A stretch of DNA of 64,000 nucleotides. It comes from Candidatus Omnitrophota bacterium (GTDB taxonomy: Bacteria > Omnitrophota > Gorgyraeia > 2-01-FULL-45-10). The notes under the pieces are model-generated. The model saw nothing but the letters and a program-made list of their open reading frames with translations, was not told the DNA's origin and ran no database searches. How positions within the stretch are numbered: position 1 is the stretch's first letter; every line of letters begins with the position of its first letter. Made by a program: the position numbers and the translations under genes. Positions 48,399 to 58,163 of the stretch are shown here, piece by piece. The DNA lies in assembly GCA_003142795.1 (NCBI GenBank), contig PLNN01000017.1:512-64511 (forward strand), written 5' to 3'.

Positions 48399-49354
48399 TT
48401 GATCAGTTTCTTCCACCAGGGCTCGTTTCGTTCATACCATTCTACGGTCAGCTCTAACGCCGACCTGAAATCATGCCTTGGTTGCCATCCGAGTTTTTTC
48501 AGCTTTGCTATGTCAAGAGAGTATCTCTTGTCATGCCCGGGCCTGTCTTTAACAAATTCTATGAGAGAGCGCGACTTACCGAGAATACCCAATACTGTAT
48601 GCGTCAGTTCAAGATTCGTTATTTCGCTGCCCGCGCCTATATTATAGACCTCTCCCGGCGTTCCTTTCCGGATAACGGCATCGATGGCTTCGCAATTATC
48701 TTCGACGAACAGCCAATCCCGGACATTCATCCCGTCCGCGTAGAGAGGTAACTTTTTATTCCGGAGGGCATTCGTTATAAAGAACGGTATCACTTTTTCC
48801 GGATATTGGTAAGGCCCGAAATTGTTCGAGCTTCTCGTTATTATGACGGGCAATTTATATGTTATGTAATAGGACCTGGCCAAGAGATCCGCGCCGGCCT
48901 TTGTCGCTGAATACGGGCTGTTCGGCTTAAGAGGATCGCCTTCCTTGAACGAACCCTCGATTATACTCCCGTAGACCTCATCGGTAGATATCTGGATGAA
49001 TAATCCGGTACCGTGCTTTTTAGCCGCTTCAAGCAGGGTATGGGTGCCGAAGACATTCGTCCTGACAAAAGAAGCGGGATCGCTTATCGACCGGTCGACA
49101 TGCGTCTCTGCGGCGAAATTTACTACGATATCGCTCTTTGCGACAAGGCTATTGACCACTTTTGAGTCTGTAATGTCGCCCTTTACGAATTTATATCTTT
49201 TATTCCCGGCGCAATCTTTCAGGTTATCGAGATTGCCGCAGTAAGTGAGTTTATCGAGATTGGTAACGAAATAATCATCATGCTTACCAAGGACCTGCCG
49301 AATAAAATTGGAGCCTATGAAACCGGCTCCGCCCGTGACAAGTAGCTTTTTCAT
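48374..49354 (-). CDS. rfbB: dTDP-glucose 4,6-dehydratase
   Basis: [47 protein letters not shown]; start at 49354 gives an ATGA overlap. Confidence 0.95.
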   Translation of the reverse strand: MKKLLVTGGAGFIGSNFIRQVLGKHDDYFVTNLDKLTYCGNLDNLKDCAGNKRYKFVKGDITDSKVVNSLVAKSDIVVNFAAETHVDRSISDPASFVRTNVFGTHTLLEAAKKHGTGLFIQISTDEVYGSIIEGSFKEGDPLKPNSPYSATKAGADLLARSYYITYKLPVIITRSSNNFGPYQYPEKVIPFFITNALRNKKLPLYADGMNVRDWLFVEDNCEAIDAVIRKGTPGEVYNIGAGSEITNLELTHTVLGILGKSRSLIEFVKDRPGHDKRYSLDIAKLKKLGWQPRHDFRSALELTVEWYERNEPWWKKLIKCRKEIKY

Positions 49355-50091
49355 TTGCATCCTGACCTTTGTTCCATTTTTGCTACAAGATTGTTCGCCC
49401 GCAATAACGAATCGAACGTCCCCGAATCGGTCCACCATCCGTTGAGTATGCTGTATGTAAGCTCGCCCCTTTTAAGATACGCATTATTTACATCCGTTAT
49501 CTCGAGCTCGCCCCTTCCGGACGGCCTCAATGTCTTTATTATATCGAATACCTGGTTGTCATACATATATATGCCGGTCACGGCATAATTGGATCTCGGC
49601 TTTCTTGGTTTTTCCACGATCGATATGATCTTTTTATCTTTCAATTCCGCGACGCCGAACCTCTCCGGATCTTCCACTTCTTTCAATAGTATCCGCGCGC
49701 CTCTCGGCTGGTCCCTGAATTCATCCACGGATTTTTTTATGCTCTTTTCGATTATATTGTCGCCGAGGATAACAACGATCTTATCCTTATCGACAAAATG
49801 CCTGGCAAGCTTCAACGCATCCGCTATGCCGCCCTCGCCTTCCTGATACGTATAATTTATGTGTTTGAGCCCGAACTGCGCGCCGTTACCGAGAAGCCTT
49901 AAGAATTCTCCGGCATGCATACCGCCCGTTACGATAAGTATGTCCTGTATGCCTGCGTCCACCAGTGTCTGTATGGGATAATAGATCATCGGCTTGCAAT
50001 AGATCGGCAATAAGTGCTTGTTCGTTATTTTAGTCAACGGATAAAGCCTTTTGCCCAAGCCGCCCGCCAGTATAACGCCCTTCAGTCCCAT
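49351..50091 (-). CDS. rfbA: Glucose-1-phosphate thymidylyltransferase (short SpsI/RmlA type)
   Basis: LAGGLGKRLYPLT, LGDN, EKP, SGRGELEITD, W.D.GT. Confidence 0.88.
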   Translation of the reverse strand: MGLKGVILAGGLGKRLYPLTKITNKHLLPIYCKPMIYYPIQTLVDAGIQDILIVTGGMHAGEFLRLLGNGAQFGLKHINYTYQEGEGGIADALKLARHFVDKDKIVVILGDNIIEKSIKKSVDEFRDQPRGARILLKEVEDPERFGVAELKDKKIISIVEKPRKPRSNYAVTGIYMYDNQVFDIIKTLRPSGRGELEITDVNNAYLKRGELTYSILNGWWTDSGTFDSLLRANNLVAKMEQRSGCK

Positions 50092-50094
50092 ATT

Positions 50095-50541
50095 TTATTT
50101 TCTCCAATCGTATGGTATGTCATTATCATATTCATCAAGCCTGAACTCGTCGGGCTCTTTGTAATTATACGGTAAGGTCACCGTATTTATAACGACCGCT
50201 TCGCAGTCGCTGATACATTTGAAACCGTGATAAACCAGTTTCGGTATGGTGACCACCATGGGGTCTTCGAGGCTTATAATAAAATCATTCACCTCTTTGT
50301 ATGTGGGAGACTTCGGCCGCGCGTCATAAAGGGCAAGCCTCATCTTCCCGCTGATGCATGTAAAATTGTCGTCCTGTTTTTTATGATAGTGCCAGGCTTT
50401 TACCACCCCGGGATAAGCGGTGGTCATGTAGACCTGGCCGAATTTTTTGAAAGCCTCATCGTCAGACCTCAATATCTCCATGAGCCTGCCGCGCTCATCG
50501 GGGATGATCTTTAGTTTTTTGACTTTCACGCCCTCTATCAT
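50095..50541 (-). CDS. rfbC: dTDP-4-dehydrorhamnose 3,5-epimerase family cupin
   Basis: DERG, VKAWHYH, YHGFK. Confidence 0.8.
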   Translation of the reverse strand: MIEGVKVKKLKIIPDERGRLMEILRSDDEAFKKFGQVYMTTAYPGVVKAWHYHKKQDDNFTCISGKMRLALYDARPKSPTYKEVNDFIISLEDPMVVTIPKLVYHGFKCISDCEAVVINTVTLPYNYKEPDEFRLDEYDNDIPYDWRK

Positions 50542-50543
50542 CT

Positions 50544-51848
50544 TTACCGCCTTCCCATCCCGGCATACCTGAAACCCAGCTTCTTCATCTCCGCGGGATC
50601 ATAGATATTCCGGCCGTCGACTATGACCGGCTGCTTCATGAGTTTCTTTATCTTTTTGAAATCCAGCTCCTTGAACTCGTTCCATTCGGTAACTGCTACC
50701 AGGCAGTCGCTGTGCCTGGCTACGCTATATGCATCTTTACAAAATTCTATATCCTTGCCGAGCGCGGACAACGCGGCCTTTGCCTTATCCATGGCAGCCG
50801 GATCATAAACTTTTATCCTGGCGCCCTCCCTGTGCAGCATCTCGATTATGCCAAGCGCCGGCGCCTCTCTTATATCGTCCGTATCGGGCTTGAAGGCCAG
50901 CCCCAGGATGCCGATCGTCTTATTCGGAAGGTTCCAGAGAAGCTCCTCTATTTTCTTTACCAGGATCTTTTTCTGATGATCATTTATCTTCTGGACCTCT
51001 TTCAATAAACCAAAATCATACCCTATCTTATCCGCTATCCTCACGAATGCCGACAGGTCTTTCGGAAAGCACGACCCGCCGAATCCGATGCCGGCGTTGA
51101 GGAACTCTTTCCCTATCCTTCTATCAAGGCCTATGCCCCTGGAAACCTCGGTGATGTCGGCGCCTACCTTATCGCAAATATCTGACACCGCATTTATGAA
51201 AGATATTTTAGTGGCGAGGAACGAATTTGAAGCATGTTTTATTATCTCGGCCGATTTTATATCCGTAACCACTATCGGCGCGTTAAGCGGCTTGTAAAGT
51301 TCTTTTAATATGTCAGCGGCCTTTTTCGATTTGACGCCCACGACTATCCTGTCCGGGTTCATAAAATCTTTTATGGCTGACCCTTCCCGCAGGAATTCCG
51401 GATTGGACGCGACATCGAACTTTATATTGCGTTTATTGAAAACTTTTATGGTGTGCTCCACCCATTCGCCGGTGTTAACGGGGACGGTGGATTTTTCAAC
51501 GATAAGGCGGTATGACGACATAGAAAGCGCTATTTCGCGCGAAACATGCTCGACGAAGGTGAGGTCTGCTTCTCCATTATCCCGGGAGGGTGTCCCGACA
51601 GCAATGAATATAACCTCGCACTTTCGGATCGCGCTTCCTATCTTCGTATCGAAAGAGAGCCGCTTCTCTTTCATATTTCGCCTGACAAGCTCTTCCAGAC
51701 CGGGTTCGTATATAGGTATCACCCCGGATTTAAGCTTCTTGATCTTGGCGGCGTCTTTATCGACACATATGACATTATTCCCAAGGCTGGCAAAGCAAGC
51801 GCCGCTTACCAGGCCTACATATCCGGAACCTATTATGCATATATTCAT
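50544..51848 (-). CDS. ugd: UDP-glucose 6-dehydrogenase
   Basis: GSGYVG, PIYEPGL, KSTVP, SNPEFLREG, GFGGSCFPKD, FKPDTDD.R, DGRN. Confidence 0.93.
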   Translation of the reverse strand: MNICIIGSGYVGLVSGACFASLGNNVICVDKDAAKIKKLKSGVIPIYEPGLEELVRRNMKEKRLSFDTKIGSAIRKCEVIFIAVGTPSRDNGEADLTFVEHVSREIALSMSSYRLIVEKSTVPVNTGEWVEHTIKVFNKRNIKFDVASNPEFLREGSAIKDFMNPDRIVVGVKSKKAADILKELYKPLNAPIVVTDIKSAEIIKHASNSFLATKISFINAVSDICDKVGADITEVSRGIGLDRRIGKEFLNAGIGFGGSCFPKDLSAFVRIADKIGYDFGLLKEVQKINDHQKKILVKKIEELLWNLPNKTIGILGLAFKPDTDDIREAPALGIIEMLHREGARIKVYDPAAMDKAKAALSALGKDIEFCKDAYSVARHSDCLVAVTEWNEFKELDFKKIKKLMKQPVIVDGRNIYDPAEMKKLGFRYAGMGRR

Positions 51849-51872
51849 CCGTAACCCCTTCTAATTCATAAA

Positions 51873-51902
51873 ATTATATCATAATATTACTATTAAGGAC
51901 AA
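51873..51902 (-). promoter_or_regulatory. Putative extended -10 promoter for the ugd-rml operon
   Basis: Minus strand TTGTCC-N18-TATAAT with TGn extension. Confidence 0.5.
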
Positions 51903-51919
51903 GAGAAAAAAGGAGCTTA

Positions 51920-51984
51920 AAAATAGGGACACATCCCATTTTTTCTAAATCTCTCTGGTAAAAAATGGGATGTGTCCCTATTTT
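51920..51984. repeat. Perfect 25-bp inverted repeat (REP-like hairpin; may terminate lptD transcription)
   Basis: AAAATAGGGACACATCCCATTTTTT (51920-51944) and its exact reverse complement (51960-51984), 15-nt loop, 6 bp after the lptD stop. Confidence 0.85.
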
Positions 51985-51990
51985 CATGGT

Positions 51991-54186
51991 TTAATAGGCC
52001 TGGCGATCGCTCGTTGAGCCGAAACGCGGCCGTGAATATGTCTGTTTCAAGCCTATAGGATACTCCGGGAAGGCTTTTAACCGCAGCATGAACCATACGG
52101 ACTGGTTCAAGGACTGCTCCCCTGCAGTATCTTTTATATTATAAGTGAATTCGGCGATCCAGCAGTGAAGATCCCTATAGATCGTATATTCCTGTTCTTC
52201 GACGATCTTTGTTTCCGCATTCAATCTTTCATAAGCGCGTATCCGCCACTTATTATTTATCTTATACATGCCGTCCAGCGTAAAAAGCTTCGTGCTGCCG
52301 GTAGTAGTGTTCTCATACCTCTGGCCGATAGCTACCTGCCATTTATCGCCTCCGTTCGCCACCAGGTCCGTCCCGAGGCTCGCCATCGTGTTTTTCTGGG
52401 TATTGACTGTCATATTAGAAAGAAGATACATCCAGGGATATGGGATCAGCTCCAATTGGACCAGTATATCGTCCAGGTGGTTAGTTCTCGTATCCAAGTT
52501 ATCTCTATTAAGCTTGAAAAGATAATCTGTGCTTATAAGCAAAGTGGCCAGGTCTACGGACTGTTCCTGATTGCCTGTCTTGCGCTTGGTCTGCAGCCTG
52601 TTCTCCAGCGAAATGTTCACGCCGTCCCTGGAATTAACTGCGTCTATCGTGTCGAATTGCATCAGACGGTCTGGCGAGATCGACGGCCGGTATGTATAAA
52701 AATAACCTACCGTCGGAGTGATTATATGCCTCAGCTTATTTATATCAAGTCCGAGAAAATTTGTTTGGACATCATATACGCGGTAAAACTTTATAGAATT
52801 ATCGACGCCGGCATTAAAGACCGTTCTTACGAAGTTGGTGTCGCCGTCTTTGGACCTGGAATAGTATGTATCCTCCGTGCCGACGAACGGCGTAACGTTC
52901 AAGGCGCGAAAGAATCTCATGGCGTAAGAAAGCTGGTTATAAACGTCAACCCTGGCAACGGACAAGTCTTTTTGGAATTGAGTGGTATTGTCAAAAGTCT
53001 CGTTCAGATAGACGGCGCTGGCGTTGGCTTTATAATAAAGGGGCACCTTTTCAAAAAACCGGTAATTGGGAATATCTATACTGTATTCGGGCAGGCGCTC
53101 TACTACGGTCAGAAAAGGATTGGGATTTGCCCTGATGAGGAGCTCGGTAGTATAATCTCTTTTTTGTGTCAGAAAAGATACATAAGTATCGGGGTTGGCG
53201 CCGATCTCTTCGTATTCATTGTAGAAATAATCTTTTATGACATCCCTATCCTTGAGTTTATTAAATTCCGCTATCGCAAGCGTATCCTCATCCACCTGCC
53301 ATTTGTGCCGCCATTGATAGCGATATCTTGTCTGCTCCGTGCCGGTCTTTTCGTATGCCAGCTCATTATTCTCTCTCGTATAGTATACTTTAAAAGCGCC
53401 CTCACCCAGCTCCGGTATTTTATAATAATGGTTTACCCCCGCTGCCAGGCCTTTCTTCGACCTGTAATCCAAAAGTACATCGCCGCGGTTATTATCATCA
53501 ATATTATATCTGTAAGACATTAACGAATAGTACCCCCAATCCGAGCTGTGCCCGGGCATGATGGTTATGTGCGCTTTTTGGTCTTTAAGAGGTTGGATAT
53601 AATAGGGCCAGTAAAATACCGGGGTATTGCCAATGAAAAGCACCATATGTTTAGCCACCACTTTGTCGCCCAGATAGATGCGCACCTCACGCGCCTGTAA
53701 ACGATAGTGCGGCTTATCGAGATCACATGTCGTGATATAGCCTTTTTCGAGATTGAACTGTTCCTTAGTCGCGATCTTGTCGACCTCTTCGGCCTTTCCG
53801 TAGAACGGCTTCGCATTAATATACCCTTGCAGGACAGTCCCTTTTTTCGTGTCAAAATTATAATTTATCCGCTCTCCCGTGAAATACGCGCCCTTCTGGG
53901 TGACCTTTACATTTCCTTCGGCGATCGCCTCGCGCGTATCCAGGTAGACCTTTATCCTGTCGCATGTCAGTACTACGTCTTTATATATAATAGAGATATT
54001 CCCGGTGCCGATAACCTGTCTTTGTTCATGGAAATATTCGACTTTATCCCCGTTGACAACGATCGGTTCTTTAGAAGGAAGCTCGGTAGGTAGCTGCTCC
54101 TGGGCGCAGGAAAACTGGGAAAACAATATCATCAAGCTGAAGGCTGAAAGCTGAAGACTGAAAGCTATTTTACTTTTTAGGGACAT
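51991..54186 (-). CDS. lptD: LPS-assembly outer-membrane protein LptD/OstA-like
   Basis: Signal peptide, OstA-like N-domain (A.GNV, INYNFDT), TTC...PHY, beta-strand-rich barrel, YRDLHCW. Confidence 0.8.
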   Translation of the reverse strand: MSLKSKIAFSLQLSAFSLMILFSQFSCAQEQLPTELPSKEPIVVNGDKVEYFHEQRQVIGTGNISIIYKDVVLTCDRIKVYLDTREAIAEGNVKVTQKGAYFTGERINYNFDTKKGTVLQGYINAKPFYGKAEEVDKIATKEQFNLEKGYITTCDLDKPHYRLQAREVRIYLGDKVVAKHMVLFIGNTPVFYWPYYIQPLKDQKAHITIMPGHSSDWGYYSLMSYRYNIDDNNRGDVLLDYRSKKGLAAGVNHYYKIPELGEGAFKVYYTRENNELAYEKTGTEQTRYRYQWRHKWQVDEDTLAIAEFNKLKDRDVIKDYFYNEYEEIGANPDTYVSFLTQKRDYTTELLIRANPNPFLTVVERLPEYSIDIPNYRFFEKVPLYYKANASAVYLNETFDNTTQFQKDLSVARVDVYNQLSYAMRFFRALNVTPFVGTEDTYYSRSKDGDTNFVRTVFNAGVDNSIKFYRVYDVQTNFLGLDINKLRHIITPTVGYFYTYRPSISPDRLMQFDTIDAVNSRDGVNISLENRLQTKRKTGNQEQSVDLATLLISTDYLFKLNRDNLDTRTNHLDDILVQLELIPYPWMYLLSNMTVNTQKNTMASLGTDLVANGGDKWQVAIGQRYENTTTGSTKLFTLDGMYKINNKWRIRAYERLNAETKIVEEQEYTIYRDLHCWIAEFTYNIKDTAGEQSLNQSVWFMLRLKAFPEYPIGLKQTYSRPRFGSTSDRQAY
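54136..54166. repeat. Degenerate 7-bp tandem repeat in the lptD signal-peptide region
   Basis: GCTGAAG GCTGAAA GCTGAAG ACTGAAA GCT, encoding AFSLQLSAFS. Confidence 0.75.
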
Positions 54187-54225
54187 TCTGCCGATCTTTC
54201 TCTATGAATAATTTCATTAGGCGAT

Positions 54226-54254
54226 ATTATACTACTTCTCGTATTCACATACAA
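54226..54254 (-). promoter_or_regulatory. Putative internal promoter for lptD
   Basis: Minus strand TTGTAT-N17-TATAAT overlapping the end of the upstream GGDEF gene. Confidence 0.5.
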
Positions 54255-55620
54255 CATTTTTACCCGATTTTTTCGCCATATATAGCGCCCTGTCCGCCTT
54301 CTCCACCAGGTCTTTCATCTTATCCCCGTCTCCGGGATATACCGAGATGCCGATACTTATAGTGATCCGCACCTTCTCGTCGTACGCCCTGAAGACATTA
54401 TCTTCTATTCTCTTCCTTATTCTTTCCGCAACAAGATTCGCGCCGTCAATGCCCGTCTCAGGCAGCATCAGCGCGAACTCTTCGCCCCCGTATCTTGACA
54501 CCAGGTCTATCTCACGGACGCTCTCTTTCATCATCCGGCCGATATCACGCAGGATCACGTCGCCTACGAGGTGGCCGTAAGTATCATTGCATTGTTTGAA
54601 ATTGTCTATATCGGCCATCAGGAAGGCGAATTTGAATTTATACCTTTTCGACCTCTGCGCTTCTTCATTCAGCCTTTCGAAAAAGTAGCGGCGCGCGTAA
54701 AGCCCGGTGAGAGAATCGGTTATTGCCAGTTTTTCCACCGTTTCATACAAGAATATCTTTTTTGTCTCAAGAGCGAATTGCATCGCCAGTATCCTGAATT
54801 TTTCGATGTCCGCGTCGGGCAGATTTTCGATAACCAGGACAGCCACAAGTTTTTTTTCATTCAAAAGCGGTATCGCTATAAGCGATACGATGTCGGGGTC
54901 TTTAATGCCGAACCCCTCAAAGCCGCCCCCTGCCGTATCTCGCGAAATATACAACTCCCCGGGGTCGTTCAGTAAGCGCCGGACAAGATTATCATAACTA
55001 TAGCTGACTGCGGATTCTTCTATTATGCCTTCCTGCAGCACGCTGTAGACGCTGGCTATCTTCTGTTCCTCTTCTTCCCGGTTCAATATTACGAAATCGC
55101 ATCTCTTAAATATAAAATTCTCTTTCAGGAAGGAGCTGAAGACCTTAAAGATATCGCTGAACGTAAGGCTGACCGACATCTTTTTGGTAATAAGATAAAG
55201 ATTGACTGTGGCGAGCTCTCTGTCTCTTGTATCAGTTTCGATCTTTCTCAAATTCTCCGATTCGGCCAGGAGGCTTCTTGCCTTCTCTTCCTCTTTTCTT
55301 ACATCCAGGGCGCGGACGCCCATTTCTTTATCTATTATTTTCTTATAAGCAAAAAAACCGAATAAGAGACAGTTAAAAATAAATACCGGAAGGAATGAAT
55401 TCAGCATGCCGATCTTGTACGTGAATATACCGAGCGGGAATATAACAACCCATGAGAACATGGCCATCAGATACACGGGGCGTCCGGGGTAAATATAACC
55501 GAGCGGCGAGATGAGAAGCAAAAAGACGTTTATGTACCCGTAAAAAAAATGATACCGGAGACAAAGAAGGTTGAACAGGAAAAAAGCCGCCACGCTCAAG
55601 GTAGCATATAGTCTTTTCAT
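54232..55620 (-). CDS. Membrane-anchored diguanylate cyclase (TM-GAF-like-GGDEF)
   Basis: DSLTGL, DIDNFK..ND.YGH..GD, REID I-site, RYGGEEF. Confidence 0.92.
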   Translation of the reverse strand: MKRLYATLSVAAFFLFNLLCLRYHFFYGYINVFLLLISPLGYIYPGRPVYLMAMFSWVVIFPLGIFTYKIGMLNSFLPVFIFNCLLFGFFAYKKIIDKEMGVRALDVRKEEEKARSLLAESENLRKIETDTRDRELATVNLYLITKKMSVSLTFSDIFKVFSSFLKENFIFKRCDFVILNREEEEQKIASVYSVLQEGIIEESAVSYSYDNLVRRLLNDPGELYISRDTAGGGFEGFGIKDPDIVSLIAIPLLNEKKLVAVLVIENLPDADIEKFRILAMQFALETKKIFLYETVEKLAITDSLTGLYARRYFFERLNEEAQRSKRYKFKFAFLMADIDNFKQCNDTYGHLVGDVILRDIGRMMKESVREIDLVSRYGGEEFALMLPETGIDGANLVAERIRKRIEDNVFRAYDEKVRITISIGISVYPGDGDKMKDLVEKADRALYMAKKSGKNVVCEYEK

Positions 55621-57044
55621 GACGAACAGACCCTGTCCCTTCCGCCCTTTTTAGCCTTGTAGAGCCTCTTATCCGCCAGCTTCATCAATTCTTCCTCGAG
55701 AACGCCGTCCTCGGGATAACCGGCAAGGCCTATCGATATCGTAATATTCGCGACGTGCCTTCTGAAGCTGAGAGGCTTCTCTTTTATCGTCTTCCTGAAT
55801 TCTTCGGCCTCGCTCGCGGCATCTTTTTTATTCCGGCCGACGAGCAGGATTATCAGCTCCTCGCCGCCGTATCGCGCCACCATATCGCCTCCGCGCACCA
55901 GGCCGTTCAAGGTTCTTGACAGATACCTGAGGACCAGGTCCCCGGCCGCATGGCCGTATTCATCATTATAATTTTTAAAGTTATCGATATCCAGTATGAG
56001 AAGGGCCAGCTCCCCTTTCTTCATGGCCGCCCTCTGCACTTCTTCGTGAAAGCGCTCGGAAAAATATCTGCGGACAAAAAGGCCCGTAAGGGAATCTTTT
56101 ATCGCGAGCTCCTGTGTCTTCGAATAAAGGATGGCATTCTCTACAGCCGCGGCGCCAAGATCGGCTAATATATCGAGAAGCCTCAGGTCGTCCTGGCTGT
56201 AAGCGTCTTCCCGGAGAGAGTCCATCCTGAGTATGCCGATAACCTTGTTTTCGGAAAGAAGCGGCGCCGCTATCAAAGTCCTGAAGGCCTTTTCCGCCTT
56301 TTTCAAACCGCCGGTAGGAAATCTGAAATCTTTCGCGATGTCCTCCACCATTAACGATTGGCGGTGCCTCAATATCCAGTGGTCGAATATGTCACCCGTC
56401 TTCGTCATGACCTTCAGGTCGCCGTAAGAGGCGGAAAGTTTCAGCTCCTGTCTTTCGGTATCGACCAAAAATAGCATGACCCTGCCCGGCCTGCCGAGGA
56501 TCTTCGATGTTTCCTCTATCATAAGCCTGTTTATCTCGTCCAGAGAAAGGTGCGTGCTCACAAGCCCGACAACCTCTTTCAGGGTCGAATATCGTTTCAG
56601 CTTTTCTTCAAGGGAATCGATCCCCGCCTTCCTGGATTTTATATCATTGGACAGGATGTTCACCTTCTCGTTCAGTTTTTCCGATCTGAGATTATACCAA
56701 TATTCGACGCGGTTCCCGGCCTTGCGGGACCAGAATCCCATAAAAATTGTCATGAAAAAAGGCAGGATGAATAAGGAATATCCGTGAGCGCCCGATCTGA
56801 GATCGAGCCATAGAACTATGAGGATGCAGGCGATACTTATCGGGATGCTCCATAAGATATCGAACGCCATCCAGGCGAAAAGTATGGCTATGTTAAAACC
56901 GGATACTATTGCGGGTATTATGGTCAGGTAAAACTGGGGGTTTGATTCTATGCGAAACGAGAACTTCGCTAAAAAATACGATGAGACCGCTAAGGTTAAT
57001 ACAGAAGCGGCGCCTAGAACAGATCTGTTAGGAGGAGATCTCAT
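55617..57044 (-). CDS. Membrane-anchored GAF-GGDEF diguanylate cyclase
   Basis: N-terminal TMs, GAF (APLL...VIGIL...D..LL..LA), DSLTGL, RGGD I-site, RYGGEEL. Confidence 0.92.
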   Translation of the reverse strand: MRSPPNRSVLGAASVLTLAVSSYFLAKFSFRIESNPQFYLTIIPAIVSGFNIAILFAWMAFDILWSIPISIACILIVLWLDLRSGAHGYSLFILPFFMTIFMGFWSRKAGNRVEYWYNLRSEKLNEKVNILSNDIKSRKAGIDSLEEKLKRYSTLKEVVGLVSTHLSLDEINRLMIEETSKILGRPGRVMLFLVDTERQELKLSASYGDLKVMTKTGDIFDHWILRHRQSLMVEDIAKDFRFPTGGLKKAEKAFRTLIAAPLLSENKVIGILRMDSLREDAYSQDDLRLLDILADLGAAAVENAILYSKTQELAIKDSLTGLFVRRYFSERFHEEVQRAAMKKGELALLILDIDNFKNYNDEYGHAAGDLVLRYLSRTLNGLVRGGDMVARYGGEELIILLVGRNKKDAASEAEEFRKTIKEKPLSFRRHVANITISIGLAGYPEDGVLEEELMKLADKRLYKAKKGGRDRVCSS

Positions 57045-57050
57045 TCACAA

Positions 57051-58154
57051 TTAAATTATTGTGTTGTCTGTCTCTTTGTCAAAAAAATGGATCTTCGACA
57101 TATCGAAGACCAGGTCCATATCCTGATTGATCGTCGGCTTGTTGTGGCCGCCGACTTTAGCGACTAACGGGTTCTTGCCGGTATTGAGATACAGGAACGC
57201 CTCGGAGCCCATCGGCTCTATTACCTCACAGGTCGCCTTTATCGTATTCTCGGGCGGGGCATCGGACACAAAAAGCTTATCGTACATATCTTCCGGCCTT
57301 ATCCCGAATATGACCTCTTTATCGACGTACGGCAGCATGGGCTTCACCATAGCATCGATGAGTTTGACCTGGAATTTTCCTTCGTTAAAATACATCTTCC
57401 CATTCTTCTTTACGACCGTGCCATTCACGAAATTCATCGGGGGTGAGCCTATGAAGCCGGCCACGAATTTGTTGACGGGTTTGTCATAAAGCGTGATGGG
57501 GTCCGCTATCTGGTGGATGTGCCCGTCTTTCATGACTACGATCCTGTCGCCCATAGTCATGGCCTCTGTCTGGTCGTGCGTAACGTATATCATCGTCGTC
57601 TGGAGCCTTATGTGCAGCTTCTTTATCTCTGTCCTCATCTGCACTCTCATCTTGGCGTCCAGGTTCGACAACGGCTCGTCGAATAGAAAGACGAGCGGTT
57701 TTCTCACGATCGCCCTTCCTACGGCGACGCGCTGCCTCTGGCCGCCTGAAAGTTCCCTGGGCTTGCGATGCAGAAGCTTCTCTATCCCGAGGATGGTGGC
57801 CGCGTCTTTGACGCGCGTATCTATCTCTTGCTTGGGATATTTCCTTAAACGAAGGCCGAATGCCATATTGTCATAAACGGTCATGTGAGGATAGAGGGCG
57901 TAATTCTGGAATACCATGGCGATATTCCTGTCCTTTGGAGGGACGTCATTGACCATCTGGTCGCCTATATAGACATCGCCCGAAGTGGCCTCTTCGAGGC
58001 CGGCGATTATGCGCAGTGTAGTGGATTTGCCGCAGCCGGACGGCCCGACAAATACGATGAACTCTTTATTCTCGATCCCCAGGGTTATGTCGCGTATTGC
58101 CCAGACATTGCCTGGGAAGGCCTTTGATACATTCTTTAGACTTACTTGTGCCAT
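57051..58154 (-). CDS. Sugar ABC transporter ATP-binding protein (MalK/UgpC/MsmX type)
   Basis: GPSGCGKST, FQNYALYPH, LSGGQRQR, DEPLSNLD, VTHDQ, TOBE tail. Confidence 0.95.
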   Translation of the reverse strand: MAQVSLKNVSKAFPGNVWAIRDITLGIENKEFIVFVGPSGCGKSTTLRIIAGLEEATSGDVYIGDQMVNDVPPKDRNIAMVFQNYALYPHMTVYDNMAFGLRLRKYPKQEIDTRVKDAATILGIEKLLHRKPRELSGGQRQRVAVGRAIVRKPLVFLFDEPLSNLDAKMRVQMRTEIKKLHIRLQTTMIYVTHDQTEAMTMGDRIVVMKDGHIHQIADPITLYDKPVNKFVAGFIGSPPMNFVNGTVVKKNGKMYFNEGKFQVKLIDAMVKPMLPYVDKEVIFGIRPEDMYDKLFVSDAPPENTIKATCEVIEPMGSEAFLYLNTGKNPLVAKVGGHNKPTINQDMDLVFDMSKIHFFDKETDNTII

Positions 58155-58163
58155 TAAGGTGGG

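Noticed and set aside
52165-53523. 452-aa plus-strand ORF
   Set aside because: Entirely antisense to lptD with no recognisable motifs; a shadow ORF from codon bias.
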